Notes: generated by a model not told the origin, from the letters alone. A stretch of DNA of 64,000 bases from Batkoa obscura (GCA_030770535.1 JASVEC010000028.1:310001-374000), one strand, 5' to 3'. Shown: positions 27,583 through 41,073, counted from the first letter of the stretch. A program made the numbers and translations.

Positions 27583-30500
27583 ATTAATAGATTTCATAGC
27601 TATATTATTGATAATGAATCAATGTTAAAATAGGTTTTAAACTTGTTAATTTGGTGTCGTATTTGTTTCATTTTAAAACATTGACTAATTTGTTCTCTTT
27701 GATTTTGATTTTACGTTTGCATTTTAATCTAATATTCAAATGATTTTAAATATTTAAATTTAAATGATTTTGCTTTATCAAATATGATTAAATAAAAAGT
27801 CAATAACTTTTATAAAATTATTGAAAATTATATTATATTATATTATATTATATTATAATATTATAAATTATCTTCATCAAACTTAATAATTATTATTTTT
27901 TATTTTCTAATATTTAATATTATCAATTTTTAGAACTCAAAATTAATCTATTGAACATTCCACAGCTTCCACTTTGAAAAAATCAAACATAAACTATAAC
28001 TATTATTATATAACAATCAAAGGTAATAAAATTTATTATTTTATTAACTAATTATCGATGAATCAAATTGTATGATTTTATATACTTTTATTATTATTAT
28101 TTGACACATTATTAGGAAACGTATTGATATACTTTTATAAATTGTGGTTAATATAAATTTCTGCCCTACCATTAATTTCAACTAATCAAATAAACTTAAT
28201 GAAGGCAGTTAATTAATTTGATTACTTGAAGCTCCTTTAGTATAGTTCAAGTTAAAATTTAGCAAACATAAAAAAATTGCCTGCTTTTTATGTGTTAAAC
28301 GAAATTTTGAAATTTTTTATACATTTTACTTTCTATCGAAAAAAAAGTGGGCATTTATTACTTGTTTTTAAAATTAGATTGTTGCTTTTATTGAAATGAA
28401 TGTTAATATGGGAAAATTGAAATACTAGCATTTTAATAATAAAAAATAATAATACATAATAAATAGAATGAATAATAAATATTTTAATTATTTAATTATA
28501 AATATACAAAAAGTGGATTTCAATTTTAGTAAAGAACTATTATCTATAACTATTCTATTATTATTTTGAACGATGATTTATTATTTAAATACCTTATAGA
28601 TATTAACTTAGTTAAAATGGGTCTTAAAGTATAAGATATTTTATATACTCTAATTAGATTCAGCCTCTAATATAACCTTTATTTATCTTTTTTTATACTT
28701 TTATTAACACTTTTACAAAAAAAACAAGCTAAAATGAAGCAATTTTCTAATATATTACTTAAGTTTAATATAACGGAGTTTTTTAACCATCATAATAGTT
28801 TTAACTTTTTTATCACTCCTCTTTTTATTAAGATTTTCATATCAAATAATCAATTGGACAGTTTCTTAATATTTAACAACTATTTTTATTTAATTTTATG
28901 AATACTCGATCCTATTATTCTATTTCTTCGAATTTATCTATTTATCTATTTATCTTGAATTATAGAGCATTTATAGTTAAGCATAAAATTCATCATTTTA
29001 TTTTGTATTTTATATTTTACATTTTACATTTAACTGATAGAATATAATTTGTAATTATCTGATCAATTGAAAACATTGAAAACATTGAAAACATTAGAAA
29101 TATTAAATATCATTTTTATTTATAAATTAAAAGATAGTTTAATAGTTATTGAGATACTATCAATAAAGTTTATTAAAGAAACTATATTTTAAAATGTTAT
29201 ATTAAAACTTAATAATATTGAAAAAATAATCATAGTTTCTAAATATAGTAAAGTAAGAGAATTTGTACTTTAAAGCATAAAATTGCGAAAAATTGGTTTG
29301 AAAAAAGATGAAACATTTTTGCAATTCTAACTTATTTTTAACTCAACTGCCATTAAAACAAATTAAATAATCAAGTTAACTTTAAATGTCCAAATCATAA
29401 TTTAAGATCCACTTATCAATATGCTTCTTTTAATTTTCCAACCAATAATAATCAAAAGATATTCAACTTCAACTTCAACTTATAAATTAAGTTCAAATAA
29501 TATTATTCGTTAATTGAAAAAATTTGAAACCTAAGAAAATTTTAGAATAAATTATGCTAGTCTAATTTTAGAATTTATTGAAATATGGTTAAATAACCAA
29601 ATTTTATTAAGCTAAAATATTCAAATGGGTATTATTTAACTGCTTATTCTTTTTCTTACTTCGGGTATAGTGAGAACACAAAATATTCATAAATTGCTGT
29701 GTCATAAATTGCTGTGTTTTGGGATTATTGATTATTTATAAATAAAATAATTTAATAGCCTAAAATCTTAGATATGTTAAGGATCATTCTTTTTAATGTA
29801 TTAAAAATTCAAGTTTATAAATAGATCAATTTACAAATGACTTTATAAAATCATTTGAATTGAAGCTTATCATTATCCCTGATTATTTGATTATTGTTTT
29901 AACTTAGAATATCAAAACGAATCATTTTAATCTGAAAGGATATTAATCTTAAACAATTTGAAGTTAGTTAATAATTTATTAAACTATTTTATTTAGACAA
30001 ATTCAATAATTAAAATATATTATTTTAATTTCTTATTAAATAGAGTTATCTTTTTATTGAAACATCGTTTTGATGTTGTACTTTATTATTTGTTCTTAAG
30101 TTTGAATTCTTCAATTCATATAATACTTAATTAATTTTAAATTAACGAATCAAATTAGATTGTTACTTTAGCTAAAGTTTTTTCAGCTATTTTTCCCTAA
30201 AAATAATAAACGGTAACTTCAGGGTAATCAACAAAAGAACGTTTCGTTCTGAAGTAGTTTTGATTAATAAGTTTAACCAAAACAATTTATTTAGAATATA
30301 AAAAAGCAAGGGAGATTTTGATTCATTCTAAAGATTATAAATTTAAGGATAAAATAAGTAAAAGTGTGATGAACAATATGATCTTAACGAACATTATTGA
30401 CATTATTGGTTTCTAATAATACGTGTTAAAATCTAAAAAAAAGTGTTTAATTACAACTTAATTTAGTTAAAATCCATTTGACTATATCAAGTTGATGAAT

Positions 30501-31632
30501 GTCTTTTCAAACTGACAATAGTAATTTCGTGTTTTTTTATTATTATAATTTTTATTTAGTTTATTTATAATGTGTAACAAGTCTATTTTATTTTTATTTT
30601 TATTTTATTTTTATTTTATTTTTATTTTATTAAAATAATATATAAATAATTATTAATTTTATACATTTAAATTAGAATAATAGTTTTACTATGAAGGAAG
30701 GAAGAGGTGAAATTCAATTCATTTTATGTTGTTTCAAAATTAAAGTTTAAACATTATGTTTTAAGTAAGCAGTAATCCTTATTTAAAGTAAATTGAAATT
30801 CATTATTATATATTATTAATCATATTAATCATATTAATCATATTAATATTATTCATCTTTTAATAGTTATTATTCATTTTCTTTTGTTGATAATTCTTTT
30901 AATTGATCATGATCTAATTTTATTTTCATGGTATTTGAATATGATATTTGTTGATTTTAATTCTACTTACAATTAGCACCCAAACGTTATAAAAGTCAAG
31001 TTTGGAGTTAAAATTTAGTAAGCATGTGTTTAGGTTTTTTGAAATCATCTAAATATTTTCAATAACCAAATAACTCTAATATAATTGGTTGATATTTTAA
31101 ACTAAATTTATTTTATTGGTTACTTTTATTTCCTTACTTTCAGTTAAAGCCTCAAATCAATAAAAAGCCAATTAACAATGATGGTAAGATGATCGTTAAA
31201 ATCAACTTATAAAGCCAATAGTATTTAGCCATTTAAAACGATTCTCCCCAGAAATTCATAAATATTTATCATTGATTGGATAATATGAAGAATAATCCAT
31301 CATTAACTAGTAAAGTATCCCTAACCAATAATAGCAATAAATCCAAAAAATATAAATAGAATGGGTAGAGAACCCAAATTTAAAAAAGTTTTATCTTTTA
31401 ATTCTAATCTAATATTTTTATACTAATTTCATTCCCCTTATAATTTAAAACAATATCAATTGATTAATTTGTAAATTACATTAACCTCCTTTAACCTAAT
31501 TCATCAACCTTTATTAGAAGTATATAACTTTACTTGTTTTTAAATAATTTTTCAACAAAGAGATATTCAATTCGATACAATCTCTTTTCTCAGTTTATGT
31601 ATATTTGGTTATAAATAATAATAATTTTAAAA

Positions 31633-32169
31633 ATGATAAGTTTACTCGGCTGCGCCGAAACCGTATTAGCTAATTCAACTCAAAAGCATCTATCTGTACA
31701 TGAAATTTTAGATGGAATTATGCAATCCGATTTTGATAATTTAACGAGTAATAATGCCTATACTACATTAGCCTCAGCACTATTTACAGAAATTCAAAAA
31801 CCTGGTTCTAAGTTTGAAAGAAGTGGAAATAAGTTTACATTAAGAAAGGATCAATCAACTCCAATGAATCAAACACCTGATATTACTTTATGTAATCGTA
31901 GACGTAGACGTACCACTTCTTCTTCAAATGGTTCCTTTTCTTCACCTAAACTAATTTCCGAATCAAATGGTTTAGTTAAATTATCAACATCTACTAACCC
32001 ACCAAATCGAGTACGTGCTAACCTTAATTACTCAAAAGTAGCTCATAATGAGTCAATAGTGCGTAGTAATGTAAAAGGCAATAAAAAAGTTAGTTTTGCA
32101 TTAGAACGAAATGAAATAATACTAGTTGAAAGGTATGTTAGCGAAGTACTACCATTCCCATGTTTGTAA
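31633..32169 (+). CDS. Putative HARE-HTH (ASXL N-terminal-like winged helix) protein with a C-terminal RVxF-like motif, 178 aa
   Basis: SLLGCAETVL...LSVHEILDGI...TTLASALFTEI...FER...KFTLR follows the HARE-HTH pattern; RRRRR NLS-like run; KKVSF. Confidence 0.6.
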   Translation: MISLLGCAETVLANSTQKHLSVHEILDGIMQSDFDNLTSNNAYTTLASALFTEIQKPGSKFERSGNKFTLRKDQSTPMNQTPDITLCNRRRRRTTSSSNGSFSSPKLISESNGLVKLSTSTNPPNRVRANLNYSKVAHNESIVRSNVKGNKKVSFALERNEIILVERYVSEVLPFPCL

Positions 32170-33572
32170 AAATATTATTTATTATCATATAATTATGTTA
32201 TATAAAATTAATTTTATAAAATTAATAGAATCTTTAATATCACACTTCATCCTCCCTTCATTTTTTAATTTGTTTATAATTTTTTAAAACTAATAAATCA
32301 TTTTATCATGTACCTCTTTTAATTCTCTAATCTTTTATATTTAACCGCTTTTAATTTTGTGAAATTGTTTAAATAAGCAGAAGCCAAGCAATTATTAGGT
32401 AATAAGAGTTCTTTTGACGTTTATTCTTTTTTTTAAATTATTTCATCTTGCCCAGTTTGAAGATGGGTAATTAACATAGCATCAACATGATTCAATTCGA
32501 AATCATAGCATAAAAAACAAAGACAAATGATATGTTAAAACAACTTTTATACCCAACCTTGTTTTAATTAAAAGTGAAAGATAAATAAACTAGTAACAAA
32601 GATGTTTACAAAAAAATAATTATAAATATCAGTTCAATTTAGGGAGGGAATTTTTAATTAATCAATATAAAGATACCTTTGATAATACGGAAGGTGTGGA
32701 ATTCGAGTTAATTTATTTAAAAAAAGTGAGCTAACTAGGATGAGTTTTTATAAGAAAAAATAGTTGTTTAAAAGAATATTCAAAGTTTGTTATCAGCTTA
32801 ACAAAGAAATTGAAATAAGATAATAGAGATAGAGATAGAGATAGAGATAATGTCAATAATTGTAGAAATAAAGTTAATTGAACTTAATCTAAGTTCCTAT
32901 GAAATAAAAATAATTTTCATAAACTGAGCACTGAAAGGTACCCAAAGTAAGATTTTTGTTCATTAATATGGAATTTACAATGACTAGTAGAATTATAGTA
33001 ATTCAAAGTCCAGTTCTTTAATCGATTTTTATTCCTTTGGGTAGTCCAAATCTTCTTTGATACTCTATCATTGTTTGTTAATGAAGTTATGGCGATATTA
33101 TATTCTTTAGTTATTATACATAAACTTTTATTTTATAATCACTTGTAAACAATACTTATAATACTCAATTATTACAACACCATTTTTAAAAGAAATTAAA
33201 TTAACTAATTCAAATTTTAAAATGCTTACTTCTAAGTTCGAAAATTTATGAATTTATTTGTTGAATATTTTTTATTTTTTATTTTTTTTTAGTTTCTTTA
33301 TAGATTGAATTATAAATTTGGCATTCATATTATATACATCATCTTTTGGCAAAATAGTGACCATTTCATTTAAATTAATTGCCTTAAACTTAGTTAATTA
33401 TTAACTACGAAATATACTCTTAAAATTGAGATGAAACAAAATTAAACTATTTAGAATCAAAATAATAAAATTGGGACTTTAATAAGAATATGTTTTAAAT
33501 AAAATCATTATATTTATTAGTTACTTTTTTGTATTAAATAAATATCTAAAATTTTAATACCATAGAATATAT

Positions 33573-33671
33573 GGGGATGTATTTTTTTGTTTAAGAATTT
33601 TGCTAACAATTTTTCCGCTCAAATAGCGCTTAAAAGATGGAGAAAGTGATGAAGCCAAAAAAAACACCTCC
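33573..33671 (+). mobile_element. ~100-bp MITE with ATAT TSD
   Basis: ATAT|GGGGATGT...ACACCTCC|ATAT. Confidence 0.92.
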
Positions 33672-33845
33672 ATATTGGCCTTCCATCACTATCTTCAGTC
33701 TTGTTATTTGCCTGAAAATTTATATAAAAAGGAAACTAAAACCGATTCTTAAAACCTATCTAATTTTAAAAAAACTTTGCAAATTTCTAAAACTCTTTCC
33801 TTAAATTAATTTAATTCTAGCTTACCCTTCTTTTTTCATAACCTG

Positions 33846-34305
33846 TGTGAAATATGGCTTTACCAGCTCTCGGATTAATTATAAGATAATAATCATTTAA
33901 CTTGTTTACAAAGCTAGTGGTAATCTTGTAATCAATTTAACCGTAAATCATGTGGTATAATCAATACAGAGTTCCTTGTTTTGATTTGCTGTGAGAATTT
34001 CTAGCTTCACATTGCAAAGAATATAAAAGAGACTCTTCAACATACTAACTCTAGGCTTTTTTAACTGAATTACTCCCTAATATCTTACCATTAATAAAGC
34101 CACTAAGTCTTTCTGACAATATCTTACGTAGATTTTACAATAGTATCTTCTATTCTATTTGTTTTACATAGTTCGTAACTTATTACGTATTATTCTTATT
34201 TATTTAAGTCTATCTTAGTTATATAAACTAAGACCGTTCGACTTAAGGCAAGCTAATCAACCAAGAACTGCTTTTAACTCCTACCACTGAGTACCAACTT
34301 TCACA
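33846..34305 (+). mobile_element. Solo LTR (TGTGAAA...TTTCACA family)
   Basis: TG...CA ends with a 7-bp inverted terminus, TATAAAA and AATAAA inside; flanks CCTG/CTTG; similar to the copies at 35034, 36230 and 45387. Confidence 0.8.
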
Positions 34306-34573
34306 CTTGTTAGCCTTTTACTTTTTATATTTATCTTTTTATAATATACTTTTAGAAATAAGGAAGTTGGATGTATTTAGATTTTTGAAATTTTAAAAAA
34401 TTCAATAAAAAAATAAAAAATTCAAACATTTATTAATTATTATTTATATATCATTTTAATTTAATTTAATTTACAAAATTATTTAAAAATTTCTATAACT
34501 TAATAACTTTTTAATTACTCAAAAAAGTTATATAAAGTTTAATAGAATAATAATTAATATCAAACTACAATGT

Positions 34574-34670
34574 GAGGGTGTTTTTTTTGGCTCCATCACT
34601 TTTTCTATCTTTTAAGCACTATTTGAGTAGAAAGACTATTAGTAAAATTCTTAAACAAAAATACATCCCC
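34574..34670 (-). mobile_element. ~100-bp MITE
   Basis: Reverse-complement copy ending ACATCCCC|ATAT. Confidence 0.9.
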
Positions 34671-34726
34671 ATATATAAATTTTAATATAAACATAAAACA
34701 TAATAATATTTAAATAATTAAAATAT

Positions 34727-34821
34727 AGAAATACGTTTTTTTGTTTAAGGATTTTATTAATAACTTTCTATTTAAATAATGTTTAAAAAATAAAAGTAAT
34801 GAAACCAAAAAAAACATACTC
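34727..34821 (+). mobile_element. Decayed ~100-bp MITE
   Basis: Same layout with many G>A/C>T changes (TTGTTTAAGGATTTTATTAA...GTAATGAAACCAAAAAAAACATACTC). Confidence 0.7.
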
Positions 34822-35033
34822 ATAGTAATTTTAAAAATAGTGATTTTTATATTTATTTAAATAAATTAATAATAAATAGTTTAATTTAAAAATGAAAATA
34901 AAAAGTTTAAATTATAAAATATCAATAATAAAACTAAGCTTATTATTAATATAAATAAAAAATATAATTAATGAAAAAACATTTTAATTTATTTAATTGT
35001 TTTATAAAATATAAATAATATCATATTAAAAGA

Positions 35034-35579
35034 TGTGAAATATTGCTTCATCAGCTCTATAGTTGATTATAAGATAATAATCACCTAACTTGTTTATAAA
35101 ATTAATTGTAGCCTTGTACTCAATTTGACCGTGATTCATGTGATACAATCAATCCAAAGTTCCTTATTTAGATTTGGTGTGAGAATTTCTACCACCTAAT
35201 CATGAAGAACTTATCGTCCACGTTTTAATGTCCATACTTGGCAACTATAATAAGGAACAGCTGTTATCATGTTCCTTATATATAGCCCACCCAGTTGGAG
35301 TATAAAAGAGATCTTTCGACATGATAACCCGAGGCTTTTTAATTGAATTACTCCCTGATATCATACTTTTAATAAAGCCGCTAAGTCTTATAGTATTTTA
35401 CGTAAATTCTACAGTAGTATCTTATATTCTATTTGTTTTACATAGTTCGTAACTTCTTACATATCATTCTTATTAACTTAAATCTATCTTAGTTACATAA
35501 ACTAAGACCTTCGGACTTACGGCCAGTTAATTAAGTTACAATTGCTTTTAACTCCAACCACTGAGTACCAACATTCACA
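35034..35579 (+). mobile_element. Solo LTR, longest copy (546 bp)
   Basis: TGTGAAA...ATTCACA flanked by AAGA/AAGA; contains GGAGTATAAAAG and AATAAA. Confidence 0.85.
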
Positions 35580-35771
35580 AAGATTTATTAACAAAATTTT
35601 TAAATTAGCAAATGAAACTAAAAGTTGTAATTATTTTATGAATTGTATATTTAAAAAAATTTATTTAAAAGAGGTTGTTATAAATAGTAATAATAAAACC
35701 AACAAATTTATTAAGATTTTTATTAATAAAGTATTAAAAAACTAATTAATTATAATAAGAGTAATATATAA

Positions 35772-35865
35772 GGGGGTGTCTTTTGGCTTCATTTTTTCCA
35801 TCTTTTAAGCGCCATTTGAGTGGAAAAATTGGTAGTAAAATTCTTAAACATAAAAATACATCTCC
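35772..35865 (-). mobile_element. ~100-bp MITE
   Basis: GGGGGTGTCTTTTGGCTTC...AAATACATCTCC, reverse-complement copy. Confidence 0.88.
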
Positions 35866-36229
35866 ATAAGTATAATAAATTAAAATTTAAACCAAGCTTT
35901 TAAATAAACTTGTATATAATATATAAAATAATAATAAATTTCAAATAATATAAGTAAATGAATTTAATATTAAATCCTAAATACTTAAAATAATCAATAA
36001 AAATTATAATATTTAAGTTTAAATTCATTATTGTTTTTTTATTTAAGATTTTATTTTATTAAAATTAAGTTTTAAAAAATAAGCTAAATAAGTTAAATAA
36101 ACTGTTAATATTAAATTCAGTTTTAATTTAATTTTTTAAATATAAGCTAAATTAATTTCATTAAAGCTACTAATTTTAATTTATGTAAAAACATTATAAT
36201 TAATAGATTATTTATTACTGATTTTAAGC

Positions 36230-36693
36230 TGTGAAATATTGGTTTATTAGCTCTCGGATTGATTATAACACAACAATCACTTGAGTTGCTGTGTTCCCAA
36301 GTTCAAACACAATCAAGTCAGAGTCCCTTATTTTGATTTACTGCGAGAATTTCTAACTTCATATTGCAAAGAATAATATCCTCTCGTTTTGATATCCATA
36401 CTTGTTGGAGTATAAAAGAGGTTTTTCAACATGATAAATCGATGCTTTTTAACTGAATTATTCCTTGATATCTTACCATTAATAAAGCCACTAAGTCTTT
36501 CTGACAATATCTTACGTAGATTTTACAGTAGTATCTTCTATTCTATTTGTTTTACATAGTTCGTAATTTATTACGTATTATTCTTATTTATTTAAGTCTA
36601 TCTTAGTTATATAAACTAAGACCGTTCGACTTAAGGCAAGCTAATCAACCAAGAACTGCTTTTAACTCCTACCACTGAGTACCAGCTTTCACA
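36230..36693 (+). mobile_element. Solo LTR
   Basis: TGTGAAA...TTTCACA flanked by a perfect TAAGC/TAAGC duplication. Confidence 0.88.
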
Positions 36694-36924
36694 TAAGCTT
36701 AACTGTATTTAAATATAGCTTTAATGTTATAAAAAGCTTAATAATAACTTTGTAAATTTATATATTGTTAATAATTAAAAGTATTAAAATTATAGTAAAA
36801 ATAAATAAATAAATAACTATTCTGATTATAATATCTTTTTAATACTATAAGCTGTTTAATTATTAATAAATATGTTATTTTAAACTGTAAAAAAGTTAAA
36901 ATTTAAAAAAACCTTTGAAGATAT

Positions 36925-37012
36925 GGAGGTGTTTTTTTTGGCTTCATCACTTTTTCCACTCAAATAGTGCTTAAAAAATGGAAAAAATAATGAAACCAAA
37001 AAAAACATCCTC
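36925..37012. mobile_element. Rearranged MITE with two right ends
   Basis: ATAT|GGAGGTGTTTTTTTTGGCTTCATCACTTTTTCCA-CTCAAATAG...AAACATCCTC|ATAT. Confidence 0.8.
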
Positions 37013-37779
37013 ATATCAATAAAAGTATAAACATAGACAAAGTTGTATTTTTAATAAAATCAGTTTTGAAATATTTAATACCAGTAACTGGTAAATAGTT
37101 GGTCAAAAGTTATAGCTTGACATTTTTAGTAGATTTGTTTTTTATTCAGTCTGCAGTCATATTATCAGTATAGTAATTTTTTCAGTTAAAAACAAAGCTA
37201 TAAACAATATAATAAGTGATAATTTATAAATAAGTTAGTTTAAAGGCTCGGTTTAATTTTGTCTGATATAGATTTTTAGTAAAAATTGCGAATTAAGCAC
37301 AAGGTGGTAGAAATTAGTTGCTTTTTTAGTTAAGTTTAAAATTACTCATATAGGAATGTTTTGTTCAATGTTTATTTAGTATTTTTTTCAAAACTTACGC
37401 TATATAGAAAATGGGCAAAAAAGTGAAATAGGGAATTTTATCACTAATTTTAATTGAGCTTTTAAATTTACCCAAATAAAAAGATAAGCTTATTTATACT
37501 TTTTAAAAATCTATTTATACCTTAAAATGAACAAGGTTGAAAGAGATAAACTAATTTTAGAATGCGGGTAATTAACTGGCAGTCAAGTGATCAAGGCTAT
37601 AGGGATAGTTACAAAACAAATATACAAAAAATAGAAGATATAGCTATCGTTGATAAAATGCAGTCATTGACCAACTTTAAAAAGATTTAAATAAGAAAAC
37701 AAGAAATCATTTTTTAAATTTAAAAAAATCAACTCTCGACTTCAAAGTTTAAAAGTAAATAGCAGGGATATATCAAAAT

Positions 37780-38397
37780 ATGATTCAAACAAATCCCATC
37801 GAGTTATCTATAACTAATAATAATAATGAACTATGGTTAGGAGACGCTAATATAGCAATAAATCATTTGCAAGAATTTCATTTAGAGGTACATTACACTT
37901 TAAAGCGTAATCTTAATCAAGTTTGTTATAAAGTAATGATGTATGGTGATATTCACCTAAAAAAAGAATTAAAAGCAGTTGTCATACGCACATACATTTT
38001 TCGAATAATTTTAACGCTACCTTTAATTTCAGGAGTGCTATTTGGATTTAGCTATATATTTCTGGATCAAAAATTATATCAATATTACTCCCTAGTTATC
38101 ATTTTGGGCCTCTGCATCTTTATTGGTACTCAAGTATATGTAAATTTATCAAAGTTGATTATATCCTTAAATTAATTAAAATTCTAGCTTTTAGATCGAC
38201 ATTTAAGATCAATACGTGATACTCAAACTTTTTTAAGGGTAAATAAGCGTTTAATTCCACGTCTAGAAGCTAATGAAAGGGCAAGTTGTGAATTGGAATT
38301 TGAAAGGATTATGCATCTACCTGAATCCGAAAGAGCGGCTTACATGTCAAAACCACCTACTTATGGTCAAATTGGTAACTCGCCACCTGCTTATTAA
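37780..38397 (+). CDS. Two-TM protein with C-terminal PPxY motifs, family member 1 (intron 38140-38187)
   Basis: Shared block QVCYKVMMYGD..LKKELK.V.IRT; two hydrophobic helices; exon 2 ends PPTY...PPAY*. Confidence 0.8.
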
Positions 38398-39168
38398 CTC
38401 ATCAACTTATAACTTATTTTGTTATTTAAGTTTTTTGTTTTCTGTTATCTTTTTTAACAAATAAGAAACAATAGTTTGACTTAAGAGAGTTTATTATGCG
38501 AACTGCTAATGTATAAAAACAAGTTCACTAAAAACAAGTTATTTAATTGTAACAGATAGCATTATTTTTAAGTTTAAAGTTAGTATAGGATATTCTAATA
38601 GGTTGAATACAATCAAATAAACCTAGACAGCGATCCTTTACAAAAATCCCAACTTCAAAGGCTAAGTACGACTATAGCAACATAAAAAATATATTTAATC
38701 TTTCCTTTAGTATCGTTAATACCCTATAAAAATTATTGTTTTATGTATTAGACTTACTTTTATAAGAAACTATAGATCATAAACCCTACAATTACAATTA
38801 TTTTCTACTACAACAGCTATTGCCTTTTATAGCCAATATTAAATTTAATAAATTAGTTACTTTTACAAGAACATTTTGTATTGTGTACCTTAAAATTTCA
38901 CTAAAACCAAATAGCTAGGTACTCTTTTTAGGACTGTCCACAGCTAACTGGAGGCAAAATGATTATTATTAACATGTTATTTAGCAAAATGGAAAAAAAT
39001 TAGATAAATAGAAGCATTGTTTTTAAAAGGGTAGATTTAAAAAAATCATTTTTATTGCATTGATTTCAAAAGTTTAAATAGAGAAAAAAACAATGGTTTG
39101 TTTTAAATTATTAGAAAAAAAAACAAATATTTAAAGTTTAGAAATAATCAGCTATCTTAACTTAGCTT

Positions 39169-39834
39169 ATGAACTCATGGAGCACCGTTGAATTGTCTGC
39201 AATGAGATATGATGGCCAACCGCCAGAATCTGCTGATCCGTTACAAGGGTTCTATTTGGAATCGGAATACACATTAAAGCATAATATTGATCAAGCTTGT
39301 TATAAAGTGATGATGTATGGTGATTTGAGTTTAAAAAAAGAATTAAAAAGAGTGATAATACGCACCTTTTCTTTTCGAGTGTTTTTGGTCTTACCTTTAC
39401 TATTGGGTGTAATTTTTGGGATTTTATTTATGTTCATAGGTGGGAAGCACTATCTTTATTACCTATTGCTTATCTTTTTGCTCTTTGTTCTCGGTTTCAG
39501 TATTCAGCTTTATGTAAGTGTTTTTCTATTTTCTATACTTATAAATTAATGGAAGTTTTAGTTTTTGATTCATTACTTAAGATCAGTTCGTAGTAGACAA
39601 AGCTATGTAAAATTAAATAAGCATATGGTCACTCGTTTTGAGACACCTAGAAGGGTAATAGATCACTTTGTAGGTGAATGGGTAGGCCCTCAGGCTGAAA
39701 CAGAAAGAGTTACGTATACTTTACCTTCACCTCCACCAATATATAATGGGCTTGATAATTTGCCACCTTCTTATGAATCTGCCGATTTATCACCTACTTA
39801 TGAATCTGTTATTAATAATTTAGATCTACATTAA
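39169..39834 (+). CDS. Two-TM PPxY family member 2 (intron 39514-39561)
   Basis: Same conserved block and intron position; tail PPIY, PPSY, SPTY. Confidence 0.82.
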
Positions 39835-40477
39835 AAAACATTGTGTTTTAATTGTCTGTCGTTTTTTCTGAAAATAATCAATGACAGTTTGCTCTAAAAG
39901 CATTTAATATAAGCTATTAGCGAATATAAGCACAATAAGATAACATTGACTCTAGTGAGAGGTTTGAATATAAATAGTAGTATTGATTTTTCAATAAACT
40001 AAATCCTTTAATAGATAGGTTCCACTATAGTATTATAATAATTTTTACACTGATATTTAAGAAAAGCAACTTTTTATTTAATTTCAACAACATCATTGTT
40101 TTTACAGTAGTAATTTGAATATCAAGCATATATCCTTTTACGTTATGATGAAATTCTTTTCAATACATCAACTATTTATTTTTATAGATGGAATTTAGTT
40201 TAACAAAAAAGAGTATTTTTTACAATGTATATTTTAAAATTTTAATAAAATTAAATAGTAGACGTTCTCCTTAGAAACATCTATAGCAAACTAGCGGTAG
40301 AATCATTCTTTGTTAGCACGCCATTATATAAAATGGAAGAAAAAAATTGATAAATAGAAGGATTGTAAAAGTTTATTTTTTCCGATTAGTTTTAATTAAT
40401 TTAAATAGTAAGATAATAACTTGTTTTATTCAAATTACTAGTACAAAAAAAAAATTAATTAATAATCATCTCAGACT

Positions 40478-41073
40478 ATGAGCCCATTGAATGCTATTGA
40501 ATTATCTTCAATCAATAATAATGGAACACAATCAGAATATACTAATACAACTACTGATTCATTAAAAGGGTTTGAATTAAAATTAAAATATATTTTCAGA
40601 TATAATCTTGATGATGTATATTGTAAAGTAATGATGCATGATGATAAGAATCTAAAAAAAGCACTAGAAGGATCTGTAACTACTATCTATTGCTTTCGAA
40701 TGTTTTTAATTTTATCTATATTATTTGTAGCAGTATTCGAAGCTATGATGATACTTGGAGCTGGAATATGTTTCTTTTACTGTCTATTAGCCGATTTTTT
40801 ATTGTCTACCTTGGCTTTGATATTTAACTTTATGTACGTTTTTTTATTCTTTTAGTGTCAGCTAACGAAGACTTTAGTTTTTAATTCATTATTTTTAATT
40901 CATTTGTATTTTAGAAAGTTATGTAAAATTAAATAAGCTTATAATTATCGCTTTGGGTTGCCTATAAGTGAACCAATAAGTCCCTAGCCTGAAATTGAGG
41001 CAATAATGTACACCAACTCCACCAAGTTACAATCAAGTTGTTAATTTTCCACCTGGTTATGAACTCATTGATT
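40478..41073 (+). pseudogene. Two-TM PPxY family member 3, disrupted exon 2
   Basis: Exon 1 open; after the intron (40834-40877) it reads FLIHYF*; PPSY and PPGY codons survive downstream beyond the stop. Confidence 0.7.

Noticed and set aside
30585..30850. (TTTTTA)n and (ATATTAATC)n tandem units
   Set aside because: Ordinary slippage repeats in AT-rich intergenic DNA
33846..36693. Full-length LTR retrotransposon or TRIM formed by pairs of these LTRs
   Set aside because: No gag/pol, no TGG primer-binding site or polypurine tract, and each LTR has its own flanking duplication
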